In this document: positions 48,874 through 58,644 of the stretch, piece by piece
Numbering within the stretch: the stretch's first letter is position 1
Layout: each line of letters opens with the position of its first letter
NCBI GenBank assembly: GCA_000989515.1
Contig: LBOM01000001.1
Location: 61,260 to 125,259, forward strand
Direction: 5' to 3'
From: Candidatus Nomurabacteria bacterium GW2011_GWE1_32_28
Lineage (GTDB): Bacteria; Patescibacteriota; Minisyncoccia; Phycocordibacterales; UBA9973
DNA: 64,000 nucleotides
Translations under genes and position numbers: made by a program
The notes under the pieces: model-generated
What the model was told of the DNA's origin: nothing
Databases searched by the model: none
Seen by the model: the letters and a program-made list of their open reading frames with translations, nothing else

Positions 48874-49486
48874 ATTGTCGATTTTTAAGAGCATTTTTTA
48901 ATGTATCGTTATCTGAGTATTCGAGTTCGGTACCTGTAGAAAGACCTTTACCAAGAGAAGATATTTTAATATTTAGAGGTTCTATTATTTCTTTAAGTTG
49001 GTTTCTTAAATAAAAATCAGTGTGATTTCCCTGAGGAGTAGAGGAAAATGCCAAGACTATTTCTTTTAATTTATTTTTTTGAGTTTCTATCTTTTTTATT
49101 AATTCCTTCATTCGTATTTTTGAATTTGTATTTTTTTCAACGATAGGTACAAGTCCTCCTAATATAAAATATTTGCCATTATAAACTTTACTTTTATGAA
49201 TACTTTCTAAGTCTGAATCTTTTTCAAGTATCATTAAAGAGGAAATATCTTTATTTTCATCTATGCAAATTTCACATTTTGTATTTTTTTTATTTTCTAA
49301 AAGGAAAAATTTAAAACATTCAGGACATTGCGATACTTCTTTTTTTAAATTTTTTATGGAGTCAGCTAAAATATCTCCATAACTTCCGTTTCTAGACATT
49401 AGAAAATATACAAAACGTTTTGCTTGTCGTTCGCCGATACCAGGGAATTCTTTAAATATTTCAGTTAGTTTTTCTATCGTGTTCAT
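48872..49486 (-). CDS. recR: recombination protein RecR
   Basis: HhH (FPGIGERQAKRFVYFL), C4 zinc finger CPECFKF...CEIC and a Toprim domain. Confidence 0.85.
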   Translation of the reverse strand: MNTIEKLTEIFKEFPGIGERQAKRFVYFLMSRNGSYGDILADSIKNLKKEVSQCPECFKFFLLENKKNTKCEICIDENKDISSLMILEKDSDLESIHKSKVYNGKYFILGGLVPIVEKNTNSKIRMKELIKKIETQKNKLKEIVLAFSSTPQGNHTDFYLRNQLKEIIEPLNIKISSLGKGLSTGTELEYSDNDTLKNALKNRQ

Positions 49487-49489
49487 TTT

Positions 49490-50890
49490 TTAAAACTCAT
49501 CTAAACTTCCTAATACTTTAGCTTGAGAAAATTCACTTATACTACTTTTTTCGAGACTCAAAAAAGTAGTAGTTTTCTCATCAAAGTAAAGATCGACTTT
49601 GCCAGTAGGGCCATTTCTGTGTTTTTCAATTAATATTTCAGCAATATTTGTTTTTTCAGATTCATCTTTTCCTTTATCTTCTCTATGAATAAACATAACA
49701 ACATCGGCGTCTTGTTCAATAGATCCTGAATCTCGAAGATCTGACAATCTTGGCTTACCTCCACGACTTTCAACTGCACGAGAAAGTTGAGAGAGTGCCA
49801 ATACTGGTACATCGAGTTCTTTTGCTAAACTTTTTAATGATCTTGAAATCTCTGTTACTTGATTGACCATGGAATCATAACTTTTTGAGGTAGTCATAAG
49901 TTGCAAGTAATCAACTACAATAAGATCAAGCCCTTTTTCCATTTTCAATCTACGAGAAAGAGCTTTCATTCGTACTATTGAATTACCTGGTTGGTCATCT
50001 ATGTATATTTTAGCTTTTGAAAGTTTGTCTAAAGAATCACGAAGTTGAGAGAAATCTTTATCAGAAGATAAATGTCCAGTACGTAGATTCCATGCATTTA
50101 CTCTTGATTGCGCAGAAAGCATCCTGTCTACTAATTGTTGCGATGACATTTCTAGCGAAAAAATTAATACTGATTTTTCATGGGTAACAGAACACATACG
50201 AGCAATATCTAGTGCTAGTGTTGTCTTACCTACAGAAGGTCTCGCTGCTAGAATAATTAAATCAGATTTTTGTAAACCAGAAAGTATGCTATCTAAATCT
50301 GCAAAACCTGTAGGTAGTCCTCGAAGTGAACCTTTGTGTTCATGCAATTTTTCGAGACGTTCCCATGCTTCAGGTAATGCATCTTTTAAATTTACAAATT
50401 TTTGACTTTTTGGAGATGAAACAACACTAAATATTTTCTTTTCTGCCATATCTAAAATATCATCCATGTGATCATCTCCTTCTTCAAAAGCAAGTTCAGA
50501 GACATAGTCTGCTGCCTCTATTAAACTTCTCAATACGTATTTTTTTTGAACTATATCTGCATAATGTTTTACATTTGTTGAAGATGGAACAACATTTACT
50601 ATTTCTGCTAGATATTGATTTCCTCCTACTCTTTCTAATAATTTCTGTTCACCTAGTTTGGTAGAAAGTGAGAGCATGTCTATTGGTTCATTTTTTAGAA
50701 ATAAATCAAGCATTGCTTGAAAAATTAATTTATTTTTTTCTACATAGAAAGAATCTGCATTTATAATATCTTCTACTTCATGTATCGCATCCTTGCGAAG
50801 CATTATAGAACCCAATACTGCTTGTTCTGATGGGATACTTTGTGGGGGGATACGTATGTTATTTTTATTTTGTTTTATCATCAAAGTCAT
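49490..50890 (-). CDS. dnaB: replicative DNA helicase DnaB
   Basis: N-terminal domain (IPPQSIPSEQAVLGSIM), Walker A ARPSVGKTT and the RecA-like C-domain. Confidence 0.9.
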   Translation of the reverse strand: MTLMIKQNKNNIRIPPQSIPSEQAVLGSIMLRKDAIHEVEDIINADSFYVEKNKLIFQAMLDLFLKNEPIDMLSLSTKLGEQKLLERVGGNQYLAEIVNVVPSSTNVKHYADIVQKKYVLRSLIEAADYVSELAFEEGDDHMDDILDMAEKKIFSVVSSPKSQKFVNLKDALPEAWERLEKLHEHKGSLRGLPTGFADLDSILSGLQKSDLIILAARPSVGKTTLALDIARMCSVTHEKSVLIFSLEMSSQQLVDRMLSAQSRVNAWNLRTGHLSSDKDFSQLRDSLDKLSKAKIYIDDQPGNSIVRMKALSRRLKMEKGLDLIVVDYLQLMTTSKSYDSMVNQVTEISRSLKSLAKELDVPVLALSQLSRAVESRGGKPRLSDLRDSGSIEQDADVVMFIHREDKGKDESEKTNIAEILIEKHRNGPTGKVDLYFDEKTTTFLSLEKSSISEFSQAKVLGSLDEF

Positions 50891-50973
50891 TCTAACATAG
50901 TAAAAAAAAAGTAAAAGTAAAAAAGTTATTAAACGTGTTATTAAAATGGGGACAAATATGGTAATATTATAGT

Positions 50974-51921
50974 ATGTCTAAAAAGGTACTATTATCAGGC
51001 GTAAAACCAACAGGAGCACCACATATTGGTAATTATTTTGGTGCGATGAAGCAATTTGTTGATTTACAGAAAGATCATTGTGGATATATTTTTATTGCTG
51101 ATTATCATGCATTAAATTTTATTCAAAATAGGGAAGAAATGCAAAAAAATATAATTGGTGTTTTGCTTGATTATTTGGCTATCGGCCTTGATCCTGAAAA
51201 ATTAATATTATTTAAACAATCAGATATTAGTGAACACACAGAACTTGCATGGATTTTTGATACTCTAACAACAATGCCATATCTTATGCGCGCACATGCA
51301 TTTAAAGACGCAGAAGCAAAAAATAAAGAAATATCTATAGGGACTTTTAATTATCCCATGCTTATGGCTGCAGATATTTTGATCTATAATCCTGATATTG
51401 TGCCAATAGGCTCTGATCAGAAACAACACGTAGAAATAGCTCGTGATACTGCAGAAAAGTTTAATCGCATTTTCGGAGAGACATTTAAATTACCAGAATC
51501 TAAGATAATAGAAGAGGTTGCAATTATTCCTGGTGTGGATGGAAAGAAAATGTCTAAAAGTTACAACAACCATATTCCTCTTTTTGCAGGATATGAAGAA
51601 ATTAAAAAATGTGTGATGAGTATCGTTACAGATTCTGGTGAAGGAATTCCAAAAAATGTTTATGCAATACATAAACTTTTTAGAAGTGAAGAAGAATTAA
51701 AAAATATTTATAAAGAAAAAGAAGGTAAATATAAAGAATTGAAAGAATTACTTATAGAAGATATTGAGAAATTTATCGCACCACTTCGAGAAAAAAGAAA
51801 AGAGTTTGAAAAAGATATTCCTAAAATCTTAGCTATTTTAAAAGCAGGTGGTGAAAAAGCAAAAAAAATAGCAGAAGAAAAAATGAAAGAAGTACGTGAG
51901 AAAATAGGTGTTAGTGTTTAA
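50974..51921 (+). CDS. trpS: tryptophanyl-tRNA synthetase
   Basis: HIGH region GVKPTGAPHIGNYFGA, KMSKS; 315 aa. Confidence 0.9.
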   Translation: MSKKVLLSGVKPTGAPHIGNYFGAMKQFVDLQKDHCGYIFIADYHALNFIQNREEMQKNIIGVLLDYLAIGLDPEKLILFKQSDISEHTELAWIFDTLTTMPYLMRAHAFKDAEAKNKEISIGTFNYPMLMAADILIYNPDIVPIGSDQKQHVEIARDTAEKFNRIFGETFKLPESKIIEEVAIIPGVDGKKMSKSYNNHIPLFAGYEEIKKCVMSIVTDSGEGIPKNVYAIHKLFRSEEELKNIYKEKEGKYKELKELLIEDIEKFIAPLREKRKEFEKDIPKILAILKAGGEKAKKIAEEKMKEVREKIGVSV

Positions 51922-52099
51922 GAGTTTTCCACAGGTGATATTGTTGTTTGTCCTATAAGTGATATAATATAAGTCCCAATATGAAAAGTTATAGAAATAT
52001 AAAGATTAATAGTTTCTCTCTTATTATCCCTATTAAAAAGGAGCTATTATTTTTGTATAAAAATCTATAATAAATAAAAAGATTAAAAAATATAAAAAT

Positions 52100-52140
52100 A
52101 AAACTGGCTCCGAATAAAATCGAAGCCAGTTTTGCGTTTT
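52100..52140 (+). terminator. terminator-like hairpin downstream of trpS
   Basis: AAAACTGGC-loop-GCCAGTTTT followed by GCGTTTT. Confidence 0.5.
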
Positions 52141-52263
52141 AGGTAAAATTTGATTCTGATGTATGTGTTGCTAATTTGGAAACTTATACACCAGCCTCAA
52201 ATTAGATAAATGTTTTTTTTGGGGGTGGATTTTGTTCATTATAAATAAAAAAGGAGTTCAATT

Positions 52264-52500
52264 ATGAAAAAATTTGATGAAGATCGTCATTTTGGTGGAG
52301 ATAGTTTTTCTTCTTCTTTAAGCAAAGAAGAAAAAGAAGATTTACTTCTTTCATTGAAGAAAAAAGAAGAAGAAGCAAATGAAGCAATGTTAGAATTAGA
52401 AGAAGTTAAAAAGGTATCTAATATGAAAAAGGATTTTGGTAATCTTGTTTCTAGTTCCTTTTTTGATTTAGACGCTGATGCTCAACTTCCAAGATATTAA
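52264..52500 (+). CDS. small acidic hypothetical protein
   Basis: 78 aa with a strong SD (AAAAGGAG) 8 nt upstream and a Glu/Lys-rich helix. Confidence 0.45.
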   Translation: MKKFDEDRHFGGDSFSSSLSKEEKEDLLLSLKKKEEEANEAMLELEEVKKVSNMKKDFGNLVSSSFFDLDADAQLPRY

Positions 52501-52564
52501 TTGGAAATTTAGTAAAAATTTTGGTTTGAAGTAATTCTCATAAGGGATTAATCAGACAATAGAT

Positions 52565-52601
52565 AAGCAGCAGTAGGGTATTCCTACTTGCTGCTTTTTT
52601 T
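52565..52601 (+). terminator. rho-independent terminator
   Basis: AAGCAGCAGTAGG-GTATTC-CTACTTGCTGCTT followed by TTTTTTT. Confidence 0.7.
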
Positions 52602-52639
52602 ATGTTTGTTTGTTAAAGGATCTGTGATATTATATTAAA

Positions 52640-52825
52640 ATAGCCTTTGAACCAGCCAACACTGGGGAGGTGAGAGAAGAAAACCATTTGGTTATTAGAA
52701 CTCTCCGTTTGCCGCGTTAAGGTTTTAATTAAGTTAAAAGTAGGGTGGTACCGCGACACAAAAATCGCCCCTGCAAATTTATCAATTAAGATAAGTTTGG
52801 AGAGGCGATTTTTGCTTTTCTAATA
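52640..52825 (+). promoter_or_regulatory. T-box riboswitch leader controlling aspS
   Basis: Canonical T-box sequence AGTAGGGTGGTACCGCGA at 52740-52757. A terminator follows: AAAATCGCC...GGCGATTTT then TGCTTTTC. An upstream Stem I-like helix carries a GAGAGA motif. Confidence 0.75.
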
Positions 52826-52836
52826 CTAAAGTAAAT

Positions 52837-54255
52837 ATGAAAAACAGAGTATATATAAAAGATTTAAAAGATAGTGTTGGTAAGGAGGTGATTATTGCTG
52901 GGTGGGTAAATATTAGACGTGATCAAGGTAAGATGGTCTTTTTTGATATGCGTGATATGACAGGTCTTATACAGTGTGTGTCGTTACCAAGTCACGCAGA
53001 AGCCACAGAAATAGCAAAAGAAATTCGTCCTGAATGGGTTTTAAAACTTACAGGTATGGTAAATAAGCGTCCAGATAAAAATATAAAATTAGATGTATTA
53101 AATGGTGATGTTGAACTTGAGGTAATAAATATTGAAATTTTAAATAAAGCAGAAACACCAGCTATCGATGTATCAACTGATGGAAATGAAATAGGAGAAG
53201 AGCATAGAATAAAATATAGATATCTTGATTTGCGTCGAGGTCGTATGCAGAAAAATATTCGTAATAGACATAAGGTTGTAAAATTTATTCGTGATTATTT
53301 AGATAAAGAAAATTTTACAGAGATAGAAACTCCAATACTTTCAAAATCAACAGCTGAAGGAGCTCGAGATTTTATTGTACCTTCTAGGCTAGATAAAGGT
53401 AAATTTTATGCACTTCCTCAAGCTCCACAACAATATAAACAGCTTTTAATGGCTGGAGGAATGGAAAAATATTTTCAAATGGCAAAATGTATGCGTGATG
53501 AAGATTTACGAGGAGATCGTCAACCAGAATTTACACAACTTGATATGGAAATGAGTTTTGTTGATCGTGAAGATGTAATGAATTTAAATGAAGCTTTGTT
53601 GATAGAAATTATTCAAAAACTTTATCCAGAAAAAGAAATTCAAGAGATTCCATTTCCAAGAATTACTTACAAAGATGCAATAGAAAAATATGGTAATGAT
53701 AGACCAGACTTTCGAAAAGATAAAGATAATAAGAATTTGTTAGCTTTTTGTTGGGTTATTGATTTTCCTTTCTTTGAGAAAACTAGTGATGATAACAATC
53801 CACAAGCAGAAGGTGAATGGACTTTTACACACAATCCTTTTTCTGCAGCACAGCCACAATTTCATGAAGATTTATTAAATAAAAGAAATATTCCAAATAT
53901 TCTTACGAATCAATATGATATTGTTTTGAATGGTTTTGAGATAGGTGGTGGATCTATAAGGAATCATGAGCCAGAAGCACTTTTGGCTGTTTATCACATT
54001 ATGGGAGTTAAAAAAGAAGAAGTAGAAAAGACTTTATTTTATATGCTTGATGCATTTAGATCAGGCACTCCTCCACATGGTGGTATTGCTTGGGGTTTTG
54101 ATAGATTAATGATGTTGTTAGAAAATGAACCAAATATCAGAGAAGTGATGGCATTTCCTAAAAATGGTGAAGGCAAAGATCTAATGATGAATTCACCTTC
54201 TGAAGTATCAGAAAAACAATTGAAAGAACTAGGTATAAAACTTGGAAATAATTAA
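52837..54255 (+). CDS. aspS: aspartyl-tRNA synthetase (compact form)
   Basis: N-terminal OB fold, class II motif 2 FRDEDLRGDRQPEFTQLDME and motif 3 PPHGGIAWGFDRLMMLL; 472 aa. Confidence 0.85.
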   Translation: MKNRVYIKDLKDSVGKEVIIAGWVNIRRDQGKMVFFDMRDMTGLIQCVSLPSHAEATEIAKEIRPEWVLKLTGMVNKRPDKNIKLDVLNGDVELEVINIEILNKAETPAIDVSTDGNEIGEEHRIKYRYLDLRRGRMQKNIRNRHKVVKFIRDYLDKENFTEIETPILSKSTAEGARDFIVPSRLDKGKFYALPQAPQQYKQLLMAGGMEKYFQMAKCMRDEDLRGDRQPEFTQLDMEMSFVDREDVMNLNEALLIEIIQKLYPEKEIQEIPFPRITYKDAIEKYGNDRPDFRKDKDNKNLLAFCWVIDFPFFEKTSDDNNPQAEGEWTFTHNPFSAAQPQFHEDLLNKRNIPNILTNQYDIVLNGFEIGGGSIRNHEPEALLAVYHIMGVKKEEVEKTLFYMLDAFRSGTPPHGGIAWGFDRLMMLLENEPNIREVMAFPKNGEGKDLMMNSPSEVSEKQLKELGIKLGNN

Positions 54256-54833
54256 AAATTAAATTTTCCTTCAGAGATTATCTCTTCTATATTTTTTCTA
54301 TGACTAGGTTTTTCACGTATTTGTAAAGCTTCTGGTAAGTCTTCTATTTTTCCAGGTTTTCCGACTGCTATTATTATTTCTATTTCATAATCATCAGGAA
54401 TAGAAAGTTCATTTTTAGCAAGTGAATAATCAAATCCACCAATACCATGTGTGATTAGTCCTATGGTTGTTGCCTGTAGTGCGAGATTTTCCCAAGCAGA
54501 ACCAGTATCGAAAGAATGACTTTTTGATGGAGTTCCATTATCAAAATTTTTCTTAGAAATTACCACGACAAGAACAGAAGCATTTTTAGACCAACTTTTA
54601 TTATAATCTACAAGAAAAGATAAAAATTTGTCAAAATTGGGTGTATTTTTATATGCATAAATGAATCTCCAAGGTTGAGCATTCATAGAAGAAGGAGCCC
54701 AACGTGCAGCTTCAAAAAGAGTCATAATTTCTTCTTCTATTATTTTTTCTCCAGACATAGCACGAGGAGAAAAACGATTTAAAAATATATCATTTATTGG
54801 ATATTTTGTTGTTCTATTGTTTATTGTTTTCAT
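54252..54833 (-). CDS. nitroreductase-family protein
   Basis: RFSPRAMSGEKI...EAARWAPSSMNAQPWRFIY. Confidence 0.7.
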   Translation of the reverse strand: MKTINNRTTKYPINDIFLNRFSPRAMSGEKIIEEEIMTLFEAARWAPSSMNAQPWRFIYAYKNTPNFDKFLSFLVDYNKSWSKNASVLVVVISKKNFDNGTPSKSHSFDTGSAWENLALQATTIGLITHGIGGFDYSLAKNELSIPDDYEIEIIIAVGKPGKIEDLPEALQIREKPSHRKNIEEIISEGKFNF

Positions 54834-54903
54834 CCTTTGATTATAGCACTGTTGTTAATAGTTTTTTCAAGGGATTAATTTTGAGAAAATTAAAAATAAT
54901 TAA

Positions 54904-55302
54904 TTACGAACTCAAAGACAATCCTTTCTTAAGTTTAGAAGAATTGTGATGATGATTTGAATTTAATTTTTTAGAAGTATTTGATATTCTGGATAAAATT
55001 AAACGATATCCACCAGGTGGACCTTTGAGCCATTTTGATATTCTTGCAATAGTCGTAGAAGAAAGACCTGTATCTTCAATAATCGTATTATATTGGACAT
55101 CTTGAGAGAGAAGGGATGCAGCTTCTAGTCTATTAGAAAATTCTTTTATTTCTTTTTCAGTCATAAGATCACGTAGAAATCGTCTAGTTTCATCTGCATT
55201 TTTTAAAGCCAAGATAGCTTTTATTAATTGTATTTTTTCTTTTGTTTCCCAATTGATTTCTTTCATATAATCTACTTTAGTAAAGTAAAGTACTTTAGTC
55301 AA
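54904..55302 (-). CDS. YerC/YecD-family TrpR-like DNA-binding protein
   Basis: FLRDLMTEKEIKEFSNRLEAASLL...TGLSSTTIARISKWLKGPPGGYRLILSRI matches the YerC/YecD pattern. Confidence 0.65.
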   Translation of the reverse strand: MTKVLYFTKVDYMKEINWETKEKIQLIKAILALKNADETRRFLRDLMTEKEIKEFSNRLEAASLLSQDVQYNTIIEDTGLSSTTIARISKWLKGPPGGYRLILSRISNTSKKLNSNHHHNSSKLKKGLSLSS

Positions 55303-55397
55303 GTAAAGTAGAGTAGTAAATGTGGATAACTTTATCCAACTAAAGTAGACAGTTTTGTAATTTTTGAATTTTTTTTAAAAAAGTATATAGTATATAT

Positions 55398-56789
55398 ATG
55401 AAAATAACTTTTAAACAAAAAAATAATGATATAAAAGGGGACGTACTTTTTGTATCTATTGATTCTAAAAATAAAGACGAAACTATAAAAGAAAATGGTA
55501 AAAAGACTCTCTATTTAAAATGTGATGAATTAGAGAAAATGAATTTAAGAAAGCTTTTTTTACTTGTGCGTAAAATGATAATAATGGCAAAAAGTTCTAA
55601 GGCTGAAAAAGTTGCTTTTGATTTTAACGATTTTAAATTTAAAAATATAGAATTAACAGATGTAGAGTTAGCAGAAATAATAGGTACACAACTTGATTTT
55701 GCAAATTATGAATTTGTGAAATACAAAACTCCAACGAAAGAAGAATTTGGTTTTATTAAAGAGATTATTATTTTAGGAACTAATAAAGAAATAGAAAAAG
55801 CAATCTTAAAAGGTCATATTATTACAGATGAAGTAAATAAAACTCGTTCACTTTCAAATACACCAGGTGGAGATATGACACCGCATATTCTTGCAAAATG
55901 TGCTAAAGATGCAGTCAAAGGTTTGCCAGTTAAGGTTATTGTATTAGGAGAAAAAGAAATGGAAAAGCAAAAGATGCAGGCAATACTTTCTGTAGGGAGG
56001 GGAAGTGATGAAGAATCTAAGTTTATTATTATGGAATATATGGCTGGAAAAAAGGGAGAAAAGCCAATTGTGCTCGTAGGTAAAGGAGTTACTTTTGATT
56101 CAGGGGGACTTAATTTAAAGCCATCAGGCTCAATGACTGGTATGAATATGGATATGTCGGGTGGAGCAGCTGTAATACATGTACTTACACTTGCAGCAAA
56201 AATGAAATTAAGGAAAAATATTATTGCTCTAATACCTTCGGTTGAGAATTTTGTTTCAGGTAAAAGTTATCGTCCAGGAGATGTTATACGTTCTATGTCA
56301 GGACAAACAATTGAGATTTTAAACACTGATGCTGAGGGAAGAGTAATATTGGCAGATGCTTTGACTTATTCTCAAAAATATAATCCAGAAGTTGTTATTG
56401 ATGTAGCTACACTAACAGGAGCAGCATGTGTTGCACTAGGTGAAAGAGCGTCAGCTATTTTTACCAATGATGATGAATTATCAAAGACACTCGAAAAAAT
56501 AGGTGAACAGACTGGAGACTATGTTTGGAGACTTCCAATGTGGGAAGAATATGAAAATGAAATAAAAGGAATTCTTGGTGATTGGACAAATATTCATAAT
56601 AAAGATTCGAGATATGGAGGAGCTACTTATGGAGCTATTTTCTTATATCAATTTATTAAAGGTTATAAATGGGCTCATATAGATATGGCACCACGTATGA
56701 CTTCAATGACTGGCGAATATTTAGCTCCAGGCGCACTCGGTACGCCCGTAAGACTTTTGTATAAATTTATTGAGGGATATAAAAATTAA
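55398..56789 (+). CDS. pepA: leucyl aminopeptidase (M17)
   Basis: M17 signature NTDAEGRV and metal ligands (VGKGVTFDSGG). Confidence 0.85.
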   Translation: MKITFKQKNNDIKGDVLFVSIDSKNKDETIKENGKKTLYLKCDELEKMNLRKLFLLVRKMIIMAKSSKAEKVAFDFNDFKFKNIELTDVELAEIIGTQLDFANYEFVKYKTPTKEEFGFIKEIIILGTNKEIEKAILKGHIITDEVNKTRSLSNTPGGDMTPHILAKCAKDAVKGLPVKVIVLGEKEMEKQKMQAILSVGRGSDEESKFIIMEYMAGKKGEKPIVLVGKGVTFDSGGLNLKPSGSMTGMNMDMSGGAAVIHVLTLAAKMKLRKNIIALIPSVENFVSGKSYRPGDVIRSMSGQTIEILNTDAEGRVILADALTYSQKYNPEVVIDVATLTGAACVALGERASAIFTNDDELSKTLEKIGEQTGDYVWRLPMWEEYENEIKGILGDWTNIHNKDSRYGGATYGAIFLYQFIKGYKWAHIDMAPRMTSMTGEYLAPGALGTPVRLLYKFIEGYKN

Positions 56790-57342
56790 ATATTTTCGTA
56801 TTTTATTTTTTATGAATATAAAAAATGTCTCAAAAAATAAATTAATTACTGTAAATGATAAAATGCAGAAAGGCTATAAGTATGAACTTTTAGAACCTAT
56901 GGGTAAAAATTTTCAGGAAAACTTTAAGCCAGACCTAACTCCAAAGCAAATGCTTAAGCTTGGAGTTTTTGGGGGAAAATATATGACTGATTGCAAGAAA
57001 GAATTTCCTAAAGATTGGTTTACTTATGCAAAACTTTCAAGTATAAAACATGATCCAAAACTAAATTATTTTAGAGTTAATGCTAGTCAGTCTTTATCTA
57101 TTTGGAGAAAAAAAGAATGGATAAATAAGAAGCATGATCCAAGGGGTTGGTTTCAATGGTATTGTAGATATTATATGGGTAGAAGAATTCCCGAAGAAGA
57201 CATAAGGCAAATAAAAAGATGGAAAGCCATAAATCGTCACATCGCTCAAATATCAAAAAATTGTAGACCTAAGGATTTATTTTGTAGAAGAGTTCAGCGC
57301 CAAGCTGTTCTTCATTGGGCTTACGATAGTAGAAATATATAA
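56770..57342 (+). CDS. hypothetical protein (Trp/Tyr/Arg-rich C-terminal motif)
   Basis: 190 aa with a conserved-looking GWFQWYCRYYMGRRIPEEDIRQIKRWKAINRH stretch. No family assigned. Confidence 0.4.
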   Translation: MRDIKIKYFRILFFMNIKNVSKNKLITVNDKMQKGYKYELLEPMGKNFQENFKPDLTPKQMLKLGVFGGKYMTDCKKEFPKDWFTYAKLSSIKHDPKLNYFRVNASQSLSIWRKKEWINKKHDPRGWFQWYCRYYMGRRIPEEDIRQIKRWKAINRHIAQISKNCRPKDLFCRRVQRQAVLHWAYDSRNI

Positions 57343-57344
57343 TT

Positions 57345-58562
57345 TTATATTGCTTCAACTGACTCTATGTTTATATGATTATGGGGCGTAATATTTTTAT
57401 ATGTTTTGGAAACAAAAATAAACGTTATAGATATTATTATTCCAGCTAATACATATGGCAAGCTAGCTGATACTACATATACAGCTCCTCCTACTAGTGG
57501 TCCTATTATCATTGATAAAGACATTATGGAAGCAAGTATTCCCATCATTTCACCCTGTCTGTTTTTATCAGAAAAACCTATTATTTGGCTATTCATAACT
57601 ACTCTTAATGTAGAGTGTCCAAATGCTGTGATTATAAGTCCGAACATAAAAGCAAATTTATAAGGTAGAGCCATTACAAAATATCCTAAAGCAAAAGGTA
57701 CTAAAAGATATACCATTAAAAAAGATTCTTTAAAATATTTTAGCCATACTTTTCGAAGAAAAAATGCTTGGTTGATAGAAATAATTATTCCAGTCAAGGT
57801 CATAAGAAAACCAGATGCTACTACTGTCCAAGAAAATACTTTTGTAATATACAAAGCGAATATAGATTGATTTAAAGATACAGCAATACCAAAGAAAAGC
57901 CATGCAAGATAAAATGGTAAAACTTTTTTATTTTTAAATGCTTTCATTATAGGTGAAAATGGATTAAGAGAAATTTTATCTGTTGTATTTTTATTATGAT
58001 TTGTTTCTGGTAAAAAGAAATATGCCAATATTGTATTTATTGTCGCGAGTATTCCGACTATAATAAAAGGCATTTTTATACTGATACCAGACAATACTCC
58101 ACCCACTAATGGCCCTATTATAAAAGCTATTCCAAAGATGGCACCTATTAATCCGAGATTGTGTGATCTTTCTTTGTCATCTTTTGAAATATCTACAAGA
58201 TAATTTTGGGCAGTAGAAATATTTCCAGCAGCAGCACCATCTATTATTCTTCCTAAGAAAAGACCCCATATCGTTTTTGAAAAAGCAAATATTATCCAAC
58301 CAATAGCTGAAGAAATTAAACTTATAAGAAGTACTGGCCTACGTCCTTTTCTATCAGAGATCATTCCTAGTATTGGAGCACTAAAAAATGCAAAAAGAGA
58401 AAAAACAGCAAAAAGTAAAGTTACCACTATGTCTGGTACATCAAATGATTCTACATAATATGGAAGAATAGGTATGATGAGTCCTATTCCGAGTACATCT
58501 AAAAATACTGTGAATAGTATAATTATCTTAGGTGAAATATTAAATTTATTTTTTTCTCTCAT
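57345..58562 (-). CDS. MFS transporter (drug-efflux-like)
   Basis: 12 TM helices and MFS motif A GMISDRKGRRPVLL. Confidence 0.8.
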   Translation of the reverse strand: MREKNKFNISPKIIILFTVFLDVLGIGLIIPILPYYVESFDVPDIVVTLLFAVFSLFAFFSAPILGMISDRKGRRPVLLISLISSAIGWIIFAFSKTIWGLFLGRIIDGAAAGNISTAQNYLVDISKDDKERSHNLGLIGAIFGIAFIIGPLVGGVLSGISIKMPFIIVGILATINTILAYFFLPETNHNKNTTDKISLNPFSPIMKAFKNKKVLPFYLAWLFFGIAVSLNQSIFALYITKVFSWTVVASGFLMTLTGIIISINQAFFLRKVWLKYFKESFLMVYLLVPFALGYFVMALPYKFAFMFGLIITAFGHSTLRVVMNSQIIGFSDKNRQGEMMGILASIMSLSMIIGPLVGGAVYVVSASLPYVLAGIIISITFIFVSKTYKNITPHNHINIESVEAI

Positions 58563-58644
58563 ATATATACTCTAGCATAATTTTTTTTATTTTTTACTTG
58601 AAAGCTTTCAATTTAAGCAAAAATAGGTTATTCTAGATAGTTCA

